This document shows, one piece after another, positions 51,888-64,000 of a DNA stretch of 64,000 nucleotides. The position numbers were made by a program, and so were the translations under genes. The DNA comes from Lama guanicoe (Eukaryota). The DNA lies in assembly GCA_013239625.1 (NCBI GenBank), contig MU056000.1, positions 10,987,175 to 11,051,174 of the forward strand. Reading direction: 5' to 3'. The notes beneath the pieces are model-generated. The model saw only the letters and a list, made by a program, of their open reading frames with translations, made no database searches and had not been told where the DNA came from. How positions within the stretch are numbered: position 1 is the stretch's first letter; each line of letters starts with the position of its first letter.

Positions 51888-51933
51888 CTTATGTTTGTTT
51901 TATAGCTTATGTTTGTTTTATAGCTTATGTTTG
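51888..51933. repeat. 18 bp tandem repeat, 2.5 copies (cttatgtttgttttatag)
   Basis: Directly visible; copies are perfect. Confidence 0.92.
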
Positions 51934-53530
51934 GTTGAACTTAGCAAGAGAAATAGGGACAAGTATACCTACTCCATATTCCTGGAAGCAGAAACTATAA
52001 AAATTCACTTTTAATGAGGAAAGGTAAGAGGGTAAATGATATCAAATAATAATTTAATATTGTAACTACAAAGGGATGATGGCTTGCCACTAAGCTAGAA
52101 ATCATAAAAGCAGGTCTTAACCAAGCTTGCTCAATAGAATTATATTTTTACTTTGGGATTACACTGAATTCCCATCTCAAGTTTTCTCACAAAAATTTTA
52201 AGTGTTTTATAGCAGTTGTATCTTTAGTTTATGATGATATTTGAATTTATTCCTTCTAAATTGTGGTACAGGATATGAAAAATATTTAGAACTGTATTTC
52301 TTATCACCAGTTCATACTTTCTCTGGAGGAAAGTGAGCTATTTGCCTTCCCTCCACATTCCTGGCCAGTTCCCAACTTTATCACCCATTTTCATAATCAG
52401 AAGAGTTTAGGGTCACCTTGACTATACATTTTCAATGAAGTCATAGTCTATACTAAGACCCTTTCTTCTACCTTTTAAAATATTAGTGAAACTTTACATT
52501 TTTTTGTCAAAACCTAAGGTAAAAAAAAAAAGCTTTCATTTCCAAATCCTGAAATCCTGGAATAATTTTATTAGTGAAAAACATTATAAATTACATAGAA
52601 AAGTTCAAGGTCTGAATTTTCTTGTTTATAAATTAAAGACACTAAAATTAATTAATTATAAGGTACCTTCCAATGGTAATCATTCTACAATTGTGGTTGA
52701 CACAGCACATTAGTGGCTAAAATGGAATTAGAGCTCTCATACCCTGACTTTACGTACCTGATCATGCTATGCCCAGCTGCTTCTCCCAGGAGGCTTATGA
52801 GAAAGTTGGTTTTACCAACATTTTGCTGGTGAAGAAACAAGTTCATTGACCTGTGTCACCTACTAAGTAACTAATTCATTAAAACTTCTAAGGCAAAATA
52901 ATTAGTAGCTGGCAGAATGGGGACCCACTCACTTTAAGCATTCAAACTCCAAATGCAGTGCTGGTTTATTTTACTGCATCAAAGTTCCCTTTGTGGGACT
53001 GATGTCAAGCAGTTTCCTCTCAAAGGATAACACCAGCAAAGTCCTAGAGAAAGTGACCAAACTCTTCTAACATTGCTCTGATTACGCCATGTGCTTTCTT
53101 AATATCTTATAGTGGCTTACCTTTGCATTTGAGGTAAAGTCAGAGATCCGCATAGCCTTCGTGAAAGCTCTTTATGAGGAGGATTCTGCTCCTGCTTCTT
53201 CTCATGAGAGTAATGGCTCTTCCTTGAACAACTAGAAAGTTGGACAAAATACATTAAACAATGGTTTTTGACACTAGACAACAGGCAGGGCAGCAATGTT
53301 ATTCTTGAGGAGATGAAAACAAATGAAGCGGTCCCTGCGATGGTTTCTGCTCACCACCCAGATCCAATTTTAGGCTATAGCAAAGGTAAGAGGAACCCAA
53401 ACAGAGCCAACCAGTCTTTCTGATTTGGGAGACAGTGTTTGGAGGCTTTGACCCTCTCATGGGGGCAGAGTCGACTAGAATCTTCAGGAAAGAATGCCAG
53501 AGAAAATGAAACTCCATAAAGAAAGGTCTG

Positions 53531-53686
53531 GGGTGGGGGGGTATAGCCTAGTGGTAGAGTGCATGCTTGGCATGCTGGAAGTCCTAGGTTTAATCTCCAG
53601 TACCTTCATTTATATAAAATAAATAAAATAAAATAAAATAAATAAATAAAACCTAATTACCTCCCCCCAAAAAAATTAAAGAAAAA
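53531..53686 (+). mobile_element. tRNA-derived SINE (camelid Vic-1-like) inserted in the L1
   Basis: gggtatagcctagtggtagagtgcatgcttggcatgc...aaacctaattacctcccccc; TSD aaagaaaggtctg / aaagaaaagtctg. Confidence 0.9.
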
Positions 53687-56600
53687 AAAGAAAAGTCTGG
53701 GTATTTGTCAAGGTGATACCATAAGTATTTCACTGAGTATTGCTTTCCATATGCAGGGGAAGAAAATAGCCAGAGGGGAAAAAAGAAAACACTGTAAACC
53801 TATAGGTAGAATAATTGCCAGAGTTCACACATTGCTGAGAATAGATCATGTGACCACCAGCTAGAGTAGAAAGGTGTGTAATAAATAATTCATCAGGGAG
53901 AGTCCACAAAAGGGTGTCACCTGAGCAGTGGGATTAAATCAGCCTTCAACTACTATGCTTTGGCATGCAGTGACAAGGCACAGATGCAGGCCTCAGAGGA
54001 CCTTGCTCAGTTCACATAATATTGAGCGAGAACTAGATAAAGTCAAAATTACATAAAGAAAAACAAAAAAATCTAGCAAACAAAAGCAAATTGTAAACCT
54101 CATGATATCCAGCATCCAAATATTAATATATATAGTAAGCATATGAGAAAACAGGACACTATAACATGTGACCATAAGGGAAAAATTCTCAATAGAAACA
54201 GACCCAGAAATGACAGAGTTGATGGGACTAGCCAACAAGAATGGTAAGACAATTATATAAATATGCTCCATATGTTCAAGAAGACAGAGAAAAACATGAT
54301 TATGATGAAGACAGAAATGAATGATTAAAACAGATCAAAAGGGAACTTACAAAGCTGAAAAATACAACATCTAAAATGGATATTACATGGGATAGAATTT
54401 GATAAAGTAAACATTAAATTTTTTAAAATTAGTTGTTTTGAAGACATAGTAATAGAAGCACCAAAAATGAAGTACAGAGAGAAAAAAAAATTTCAGTGAA
54501 GCAGCTACCTGAGTGACAATATTAAATAGTTTAATAAATATATGGTTGGAGCTCCCAAAGGAGAAGAGGAGAAACAAACAAAAAAAAGAGGGAATAATGG
54601 CCAAAGTTTTACAAATCTGATGAAACCAATAAGCCTACAGATTCAAGAAGCTCAACAAACTCTTATACAGGAAACATAAAGAAAATTACCCCAAATGGTA
54701 TCATAATCAAATTCCTAGAAAACAGTGAATATAAGATTATTTCAAAAGCAGCCAGAGAGGAAAAGACCAGTCAAATATAGAGGAACAAAGGTAAGAATGA
54801 CAGCATATTTCTTAGCAGAAAAAATGCAAACCAGAAAACAAGGGAGCAAGACCCTAAAAGAATTAGATCAGAGACTGTCAGCTATAAATTCTATACTTGG
54901 CATAAAGATCTTTCAGAAATGAAGGCAAAATAAAAGCTATTTAAAATAAGCCAAAATTAGAAAAGTAATTGCCAGCAAACCTATACTATGAGAACTCTTA
55001 AGGGAAGTTTTTCAGATAAGAGAAAAATTATAGAAGATAGAAAGCCAAATCTGAAAGCAGGGATGAAGAGACTTAGAGATTGTAAGTAAGTGGGTAAATA
55101 CAAAAAACATGTTTTTCATTTTAGTCTCTTTAGAAGAAAATTATTTAAAACAAGAATAAAAACAATGAATTGCATGTTTATGTATGCAGAAAGAAAATGC
55201 ATGACAAAAATAGCTTAAAATGTCAAGAAGTGGAAGAAGTCTGTTGCAAGATGCATTCAATATAAAAAGAGTGATGTAACAGTATTGGAAGGCAGAATGG
55301 GGTATGTTATAAATGTGTGTTGTAAATAAGCCTGAGGGCACACAAAAAATAAAAACAATAAATTACACATCAAAAGCTAGTTGTGGAGATCAAATGCAAT
55401 CATTAAAATATATAATTAATTCAGATAAAACAGAAAATGAAAGAACAGGAGATGGGACAAATAGAAAACGAATATTGAAACAATAGATTTAATTACAGTC
55501 CTGTCAATCATCTCATCAATTGCGCATTATCGAAACACTGTAAGTACAAGGGAAAGTTTTTAGGTTAGATTTTTTAAATATTATCCTTATATCTAAAGAC
55601 ATAGATGGCCCAAAATGAAAAGGAAAAAAAAAAAGATGTATCATGAAAACCCTAATCAAAAAAATTCTGGAGATGTTTTAGTAATGTCAGACCAAATAAA
55701 TTTAAGAACAAGGAATACAATCAGGGATTAAGGGAGATATTTCATAATGAAGAAAGGATCAATATATCAAGAGGGCATAATAAACTTAAATGTAAATGGA
55801 CTTTATACCAAAGCTTTCAAATGCATGAAACAAAAACTAATAGAACTAAATGGAAAAAATTAAAAAAAATCCAAAGTTATAGTTGCAGCTCCAACAATAC
55901 TTTCAGTTTTAATAGACAGTAGGCAGAAAATAAACATGTATGTATGTGACTTTAACTTGACCTGAGATTTATAAAACACACCACCAAAAGAAAGTACACA
56001 CAAAACATTCACCGAGGTAGACCATATTCTGAGTCATAAAACAAATTTCATCAAATTTAGAAGGATTATAATCATACTAAGTATGTTCTCTGGCCACAGT
56101 AAAATTAAACAAGAAATCAATAGCAAATGGATATCTGGAAAATGTCAAAATATTTGGAAACTGAAACACACACTTCTAAATAACTCATGGGTCAAAAAAA
56201 CCAATGAAATGAGTGAGTAGAAAACATTTTGAACTGAGGGAAAATGAAAATATAACTCGTCAAAATTTATAAGTACTTTGAGAGAAATATATAGGATTAA
56301 AAACAAAGAAGATATGAAGCCATTGTTCTTAGATCCCTATTTAAAAGAATGAGAAAAAGAAGAGTAACTAAGCTCAAACTACGGAGAGGAAAAAAATAGA
56401 GTTACGGGCAGAAATCAATGAAATAGAAAGCAGAATATAATAGAGAAAGTGAATGGAATCAAGCTGGTCCTATGACAAACATCAATGGAATTCATCAAAT
56501 TCCAGCCAGATTGATCAAAAAACAGGGCAAAAGAGCCAAATTACCAATATCAAGAATAAAAGAAGCACATCACCACAGATCCTACAAACACTGCAAGACT

Positions 56601-56993
56601 AATAAGGGAATATTACCAACAACTCTGTAAACCAATAAATACGACAATTTTAACAAAATGGACACATTCTTTAAAAGACGCAAATTACTAAATAAAGCTC
56701 ACCCAAGGAGAAATAGCCTGAATAGCTTCAGCATAGTAAAAATCTTCTCACAAAGAAAGGAGCAGATGGCTTCACTAGTGAATTCTAGTAAATATTTAAG
56801 GAATAAACAAGGGTGATTCTTCATAAATTCTTCCAGAAAATAAAAGAGGAGGCTACACTTTTCAACTCCTTTTATGAAGCAAGATTTATGCTAACACCAA
56901 GACCAGACAAGGAGTTATAAGAAAACAGTGACAAGTGTCCATATGAGCACAAGTCCAAAAATCCTTAACAAAACATTAAAAATTTAATCATGC

Positions 56994-57065
56994 CATATAT
57001 ATACACACATATGCATATATATATACATATGCATACATATGCATATGTATACATATATATACATG
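56994..57065. repeat. Compound (TA/CA/TG) alternating purine-pyrimidine tract
   Basis: Directly visible inside L1 ORF2. Confidence 0.85.
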
Positions 57066-59329
57066 TCATGACAAAGTGGACTTTACCTTCAAGATGCAAG
57101 ACTGGTTTAACATTGAATAAAATCTCTCAATAGATGCAGGAAAATTATTTGGAAAAAGAATCAACATCCATGCATGATAAAAAATATCAATAACCCAAGA
57201 ATAGAATTGATGTTCATAATCAAGAATAGCTTTCAATAACTAACATCATGTAAGTTGTGAAAGATGCATGTTTACTTCTTAAAACTGGGAACAAGGCAAT
57301 TGTTCACCCCTCCTAGTCAACCTCATAGTGGAGGTTCTGTTCAGTGAAATGAGGCAAAAAAAAGAAATAAAAGACATACAAATGGGAAAACTGAAATAAA
57401 ACTGTCCTTATTGGCAGACAACATGATCATCTATGGAGAAAATCCTATGGAATCTAAAATACCTACTAATAAATACATTTAGGAAACTCTTGGAATCCAA
57501 AGTCAATATACTAAAATTAATTGCACTTTTATACAGTAGGAAACAGACAAGTAAATATTGAAAAAAATTTTAATGTTATTCTCAAAAAAATTAAAATATG
57601 AAATATTCAGGGATAAGTTTAAAAAAACTTTTGCAAGACTGTGTGCTGAAAACAATAAGACATTTCTGAGAGAATTTAAATAAGAGCAAAATAAATGGAG
57701 AGCTGTATAATGTTGCTGGTTTAGAAGATTCCATGTTATTAAGATTTCAGTTTTCCCCAAATTGAACTACATTTTCAATATAATCCCAGATAAAATCCCC
57801 ACAGACATTTTTGTCAACAATTAAAATGCTATTTTGCAGATAGTGAAACTCTTATCTTTATGGAAATTCAAAGAATCTATAATTGCCAAAATAATTTTGA
57901 TGAAGAAAAACAAATTTGGAGGGTTTACACACCTGAATTTAAGTCTTATAAACTATAGTAATGAAGCAGTGTAGTATTGGTGTAAGACAGACTCCTATAT
58001 CAGTGGAACAGAATAGAGACCCTGGAAACAGATCCATAAATGTTTAATTGATTTTTGACTAAAGTGCCAAGATAATCCAACAAGTAAAGGATAATCTTTT
58101 CAACAAATGATACTTGAAACATTTGCTATCCATCTATATTTACATATATGTATTTTAAATCTCAAACCTTAGCATGTACCATACATTTGATTTTAAATGC
58201 ATCAGACCTAAATATAGGAGCCAAAACTATTAAGATTCCATAACAAACCTATGAGAAAATTTAGAGACTCAAGTTGGGTAAAGATTTTTAAGTAGGACAA
58301 AAACAGCACAAACTACAAAAGAAAAACTTTAGTTGGACTTTGTTAAAATTAAAAACATTTATTCTCCAAAAACACTGTAAAGAAAATGAATTCAAGTCAT
58401 AAATTGTGATAAAATATTTGCCAAACATGTATCTGGACTTATAACCCAAGTATATAAAGAAGTCATAACCCAATTAGAAGGGAAATAAAGATTTGAATAC
58501 GTACGTTTGAAAAGAATAGAAGCAAATAGGAAGTAGTAAATTAGCACATAAAGAGATTCACAATATCATTTGCATTAGAAGAATGTCCATCAAAACCGCA
58601 ATGAGATACCACTACAGACCCACTAGATTAAAATCAAAAGGAATAATAGCTAAAAGGAGAGAACAGCTAAAATGGAAAGAAATTAGTGTCAGTGAGGTTG
58701 TGGAACAGGTGGAAATCTTACATATTGATGGTGGGCTACTTTGGAAGACAGCTTGGCAGTTTCTGAGAGTTAAACACATACCAACCACATGACCCAGCAC
58801 TTCCATCCCTAGGTTATGCATCCTGGGAAATGCATCTCTGCAAAGACTTGTACTAGAATATTTATAGCAGCTTTATTTGTAATAGCTCCAAACCAGAAAG
58901 ATCCTAAATCTCCAGCAGCTGATGCATGGGGAAAAAATGTAGTTTAGCTTTATAAAAGTATACAACTCAGCAATAAAACAAACCATTGACCCGCCCCCAA
59001 TAAAACTTCATCCATATATACAGACCGCAAAAGCATTATGCTAAGTGAAAGACACACGACATGAAAGGCTATGTGCTGTATCGCGTGAAACTCTAAAAAA
59101 AGGCAACACCATAGGGATAGAGAGCAGATCAGTGGTTGATAGAGTTCAGGTGATGAGGGAGGAAAGGGACAGGGAAGGACATGAAGGGACCTGATAGGGT
59201 GAGGGACATGTTCTATATCATCTCCACAATAGTGGTTAATAGCTGTTCACATTGATCAAAATTCTTCAAGTGATATTCCTAACATTGGTGAATATTTTAT
59301 ATGTAAATTATATTTCAATAAAACTGATT

Positions 59330-59505
59330 CTTGGTAGAATAAGAGGATGGAAAAAGATATCCAATCCAAACAATAATCCAAAGAAAGTTGGAGCAACTGT
59401 ATTAATATCAGATTTCCAAACAAGGAATATGATTAGCAATAAAGAGGCACATTTCATAGTATTAAAGGGATTAATTTATCAAGAGAACATACTAAAGTTT
59501 ACTTG
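59330..59505 (+). mobile_element. Separate old L1 endonuclease-domain fragment
   Basis: Translates as IRGWKKISNPNNNPKKVGATVLISD...KEAHFIVLKGLIYQENI, matching the L1 APE domain. Confidence 0.82.
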
Positions 59506-61508
59506 ACTGCCTGCCTAGTTATTTTTAAGGCTCTTAAAATGATCTTCCTGGCATAAGTTTACTTCCCTTTAAAATGAGAGGTTCTAAAGTGACTTTTTGT
59601 TGTTGATTTAGTGTGGCTTGGAGTGGAGGAGTTTTCTTTCTTCAAATAGTGTGCCTTTATGTTTTCGTCCAATTTCTCAAGTTCTGCTGTAATTACATTG
59701 GCGAGCTTTGTTCATCTGGTAGATACGTTATTAATTGTCTTTCATTCAAAACTCTGAAACTTACTGGCTTCACTGACAGATTTCCCTTGTTACTCAGTAA
59801 AAAAGTAACTCAATCTGTCAGAAAACTTCTTTCGCTTTGCCACATATTGTAATATTTAGAAAGATTAACAAACTTGAATCACTCCAGTTGACTCAAATGA
59901 TGGCCCACAATGAGTTTTCAGAAATGATGGTTAAATCTGAGAGCTTCCACTTGCCTTTAATTTTTTTCAATGTGATGATCAGAGAACCCCCAGCAACTCT
60001 GCCAGCTTTCCCACGAAGCCCATGCTGCCACGCTCCAAAACGAATTCTCATGTTTTTAACACCATCAAGGTATCACTTACCCACTACCTTCTGATACAGC
60101 CCAAGTTCCTTCTCCCACGTTCCCCTACTCTGGTCTGTTTTCCTCCTTGCTGTCCTGTCCACATTATTTCCAAGCTTCAAACACAAATTCTCCTCTGGGC
60201 ATCTTTACCTGCCTCATCTAGCCCAGGTCATGGTAACATGGCGTAGTGGATTTGTAACTCACCTTCACTGCATGAGGTTTATAAAACACAGTTTCTTAAA
60301 AAAGCAGAGACTGACTTTTTTGAAATGAGTGTAACTCAGATGTCCACTGAGGCCACACAATCTCTTGAAGTGGAGGAAATGTGATCTGGCTTTAACCCAC
60401 ACATGGTGGGAAGTCCAAAGCCTGCCTACATTTCTTACTTCCCCGGGGGCTCATGTTCTCCTGATCACTTTTGGCTCCTACCAAACTCCCGTTCTCACCT
60501 CCCAGAATTTCTCTCATTTCTCTGCTCCACACTGACTGAAGCGCAGAATGTTACTCACTTTCTGTGAACCCCCTCACCTCAATAAAAATACTCACACCTA
60601 GCATTGAAGTATGTAGCAGACCCTGCACATGGAGAGGTTTTGCATTACCATCTTACTGCAGATTTCCCTCACAATTTCCTTAGATCCCAACGTCTAAGGG
60701 ACTCGAGGAAAGTCTTCTCCCTTCAGTTTACTAAGCAACATAGTGCAGGTCAAAGCCCCCTATTCAGCTAAGGGCTGACCTGCGTATCTAGAGTGGAGAT
60801 ATTTAATGCAAACTTAACAGAACTACAAATCTCTCTAAGGCAGAATTCTATGATAGGTGCTACTTCCTTGACTTTCCCAACTTTGGGCAGAAGAATAAAG
60901 ATTCTTGTAGATGAGTGAAGTTAACCAGATCCAGCTATCCTTAGCTAATAATATCCAGAGAAGGCTTTAGACATGAGGATGTTATGAAGTTGACAAGATT
61001 TTAGACTGGCGTCTCGCTGACCTTTGTGAATGGGGCTCAGAGCTGATGAACTGAATATATGAAACAAAAAATACTGGCACACCTTGACCTTCAAAGATTG
61101 TGCAGCTACTTAGGTTCCTTACATTATGAATAATGGGACCCTCCTTCAGAATGAGAACTAGTTACACAATGGGTGACGTGAAAGCCTGTAGTGATGTTCT
61201 TGACAGCAACTTCAGTTTCCCCAAATGAAAGATGAAAGGTTAATGGTTCTGGTCCGGATTCCATTTTCTTCTGGGTGATTCAGGTTCTTTTTGTGTTTCA
61301 AATCATGGCTCTCATGGAAAGGTCCTTTTCTTAATTTGGGTTCTTACTTATGACTAAGCCAAGATGTTTCCTAGTCTTTTATTTTTAATCTCAGACCATT
61401 GAGCTGCAGCTATCTGTTCCTCTACTCTTGAGTTTTTTACATCTTCAGTCTCTGTTAGATTCACCCACTTCATGAGACCAGTTCCCTGAGCCCTTGTGAT
61501 GACTGTTT

Positions 61509-61543
61509 GTGTGTGTATGTGTGTGTGTGTGTGTGTGTATGCA
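61509..61543. repeat. Imperfect (TG)n microsatellite
   Basis: Directly visible. Confidence 0.9.
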
Positions 61544-61671
61544 TATGTTGGGATGGTGCAATGGATGGTGCATGGTCAGAAAGAACCTCTTTCTACTGTG
61601 AGTCCAGACTGAAACTGATGTACCAACTGTGTATCCCCATAACATTTTGTGTGCTATATTGGTTTAAAAAA

Positions 61672-61797
61672 ACTTTTTTAATTTTTTTGGGGGAAGTTTA
61701 TCTATTGATTTTTTTTTAGAGGAGATGCTGGGGATTGAACCCAGGACCTCCTGCATGCTAAGCATGCACTCTACCTCTTGAGCTATAAACCTCCCCC
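61672..61797 (-). mobile_element. tRNA-derived SINE (camelid Vic-1-like)
   Basis: ctggggattgaacccaggacctcctgcatgctaagcatgcactctacctcttgagctata is the antisense head; flanked by tatattggtttaaaa / tatattgtttttaaaa. Confidence 0.9.
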
Positions 61798-62767
61798 TAT
61801 TATATTGTTTTTAAAAATAGCACTAGAAGGTACTATCTATTCAGCCACTTCACCCTAACCCTAGATGATCAGGTGTTGGAATATGAAGCACAACAGTGGC
61901 TGCCACTTGGCATCCCTGGTTTGTACATGAGCCAATGGGGCTATGAGACTGGAGCATAACATTCATTATTTATGTGACGATCTTATTATTATTTCTTATT
62001 ATCAGTATTAATAGTAGTATCTGTATTAATGCTGATCTTGAGAAATCTGCTTTCTATTTATCTTAAAGTAATAAATGTTTAATACAACAAATGCTTTATG
62101 TTATTGAAAAAGGCTGCATTTACATAGTGCCAAACATATTTTTTCCAAATTGCGTAGTTAAGATAAATAATTTATTGCAACTGGTTATCACATAGGTTTT
62201 GTTTCAGTCTCACATCCTCAAAATTGTTATTTTATTAAAAATAAATAGATCAACAAGTTGTTTTACTGGTGTGTATTTTCCGCCTGAGATAATTTTATCT
62301 TGTGTCATGATGGCAGTAGGATCCTAACTCAAGAGCTTCATGTGTCTCCACATTGAGGGTTCAGACACACACAGGTTTTCTAGTATGTTTTGGGGGCTGA
62401 CAAGAAAGGGCCTTCTCTGTACAAGAAAGAGCTTCTGGGAGAAAGAATATCCTTTGGGAAAGATAAAGTAAAAGAGTATGAAATTTGTTCCTAACAATGG
62501 ATTAGTGACAGGAGGGAGAGGGCAATCTGACTGCACTGCTCAGACTTCTCTGTGAACGGTGGAAGGTTCACTGTTCTTGGGTCCACATGATGACAACTGG
62601 ACAGGATGCTGAGGGAATGCAGCCTTCAGTTCAAAGGGTGCAGTGCTGGGAGGCCAGTGCACGAGAAGTAGGGCCACAATGGCCCAAGTCCAGAGCCCGC
62701 CTAGCCAACGTGGGAGGAGAAGTCCCTTCCCAGGGCCTCCGTGTGCATCCGCACAGATTATGCGCCT

Positions 62768-63250
62768 TATGGCAGGCTGAATAACGCCCTCCCCAAAGAT
62801 GTCCACATCCAAACCCCCTAAACCTATGAATATGTCACCTTACATGGTAAGAGGAACTTTGTAGAAGTATTTAAACTAAAGATCTTGAGATGGTGTGATG
62901 ATCCTGGACTGAATGTAATCACAAAGCTCCTTTTAAGAGGGAAGCAGGAAGGTCAGAGTCAGAAGGGGAAGATGCAAGGGAGGAAGTAGAGGTCAGAGAA
63001 AAGATGCTACGATGCTGGCTTTGAAGGTGAAAGAAGGAGCCCCGAGTCAAGGTATACAGGCAGCTCCTAGAAACTAGAAAAATGAGGAAGCAGATTTCCC
63101 CCTAGAGCCTTCAGAAGCATGGACTCCTTGACTTTTTGATTTCTGGCCCATGAAAATGATTTTGGACTTCTGACTCACAGAAGTGTAAGATAATAAATCA
63201 GTATTGTTTTAATTCCCTAAATGTGTGGTACTCTGTTATACAGCAATACA
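62768..63250 (+). mobile_element. MaLR solo LTR (MLT1D-like)
   Basis: ggcaggctgaataacgccctccccaaagatgtccacatcc...ttggacttctgactcacagaagtgtaagataataaat...gttatacagcaataca. Confidence 0.9.
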
Positions 63251-64000
63251 TGCACATCCACATGTCATGCTTCAGGGGCTGCCATCCGCATGGACACTGA
63301 TCTGAGTGGTGCTTCCTGAAACTAGGCAGTGTGGCTTTCCCTCTAGGCACCAGGTGGGGGAAAGGGGGAAACTGTGCTGTGCTGAGTGACTCGAGGACTC
63401 AAGTTGTATGCTCCTGGAAGCCTCATCCTCCTTCCATTACTTACTCTCCACCCTCACCTCCACCCTCTGGAGGCCCTCATCTGCATCCGGGCAATCAGGA
63501 AGCAGGTGTTGGGTCCTTCCCAGGTACCACCGCACCATCTTCCCAACCTACACGCACCCAGACCCAGATGGAGGTGAGGCTATTATCTAACTGAAAAGCC
63601 AGGAAAGCCACCAGCAAGAGTGTCAGATGGGAAGACACAAACTAAGGACCATACCTACTGAACTCATTTCCTTGGAGGAGGAGAAATGTCTCATGGTGTG
63701 TCTGCAGGGAGTTTCAGGGGAACCCTCTCTTTCTCCCAAAGTCCTCCATCCCTTTGGTCCTTCTTGTCCTTCTACATTTCCACTTCAGACCCATTGTGTC
63801 TCTGTCTGATGATCCAATCCACTTCCTCAAAAACCCCCACTAGACCTACCTGCAAAGGAGCCCTGGCCTGCGCTCCTAGCATGGGATCTGCAGACTCTCA
63901 CTCGTCAGGTGATAGGTAGATGCTTCCCTTGGCCTGGCTCATTATTTCTCCAAGAGAATCCAGCGGGGCTGTGGTCCCCAACACAGAAGGGATGGCAGAT

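Larger units (their letters stand above)
49775..52000 (-). mobile_element. Composite of old L1 fragments (3' end; ORF1/5' region) with an MLT1 piece at ~49875-50000
   Basis: tttgactataacatttcttggtgtggatttctttgagtttatcctgtttggg and gtcccacaggtctctgaggccctg are antisense old-L1 ORF1 motifs; caggctgccataacaaaatatagtgaactgggtgatttaagcaacagaaat is MLT1. Confidence 0.7.
53210..59327 (+). mobile_element. Near full-length ancient L1 (L1M-type): 5' UTR, ORF1, ORF2, 3' UTR, all decayed
   Basis: ORF1 remnants at ~54100-55100 (YRGTKVRMTAYFLAEKMQTRKQ), endonuclease region at ~55450-56200, RT-region remnants at ~56750-57500, C-terminal IKTAMRYHYRPTRL at 58583, 3' end ttatatttcaataaaa. Confidence 0.9.

Noticed and set aside
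51888..51933. Repeat array or CRISPR-like structure
   Set aside because: Head-to-tail copies with no spacers, inside an L1 in mammalian DNA.
2030..63177. Scattered AP-1 motifs (TGAGTCA/TGACTCA), e.g. 2030, 15534, 16054
   Set aside because: Dispersed, many inside repeats; enrichment cannot be established by eye.
1..64000. ORF track entries as protein-coding genes
   Set aside because: All are 154 codons or shorter, many use non-ATG starts, the recognisable ones are L1 debris, and no consistent exon chain to a known protein is visible.

Overview
Mammalian, non-coding (intergenic or intronic) DNA, most likely from a camelid, judged by three tRNA-derived SINEs that resemble Tylopoda Vic-1. I can support no intact protein-coding gene, rRNA, tRNA or CRISPR array; the ORFs in the track are chance frames or L1 debris. 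Much of the window is interspersed repeats: young and old L1s, L2, MIR, MaLR/ERVL/ERV1 LTRs and hAT DNA transposons. Repeat family names are recalled by eye, not from a database search. The main signals are: (1) a decayed Ty3/gypsy element at ~2.9-6.6 kb whose internal region still shows PNMA-like Gag motifs behind a MamGypLTR-like LTR; (2) a ~2 kb repeat-free GC-rich island at 16.3-18.3 kb with gene-like splice sites but no protein I recognise; (3) a ~118 bp near-perfect hairpin at 45.6 kb; (4) a strongly A/T-to-G/C biased L1 fragment at 33 kb; (5) an L1 with a 5' inversion and a near-identical 156 bp tandem duplication at 26-27 kb.
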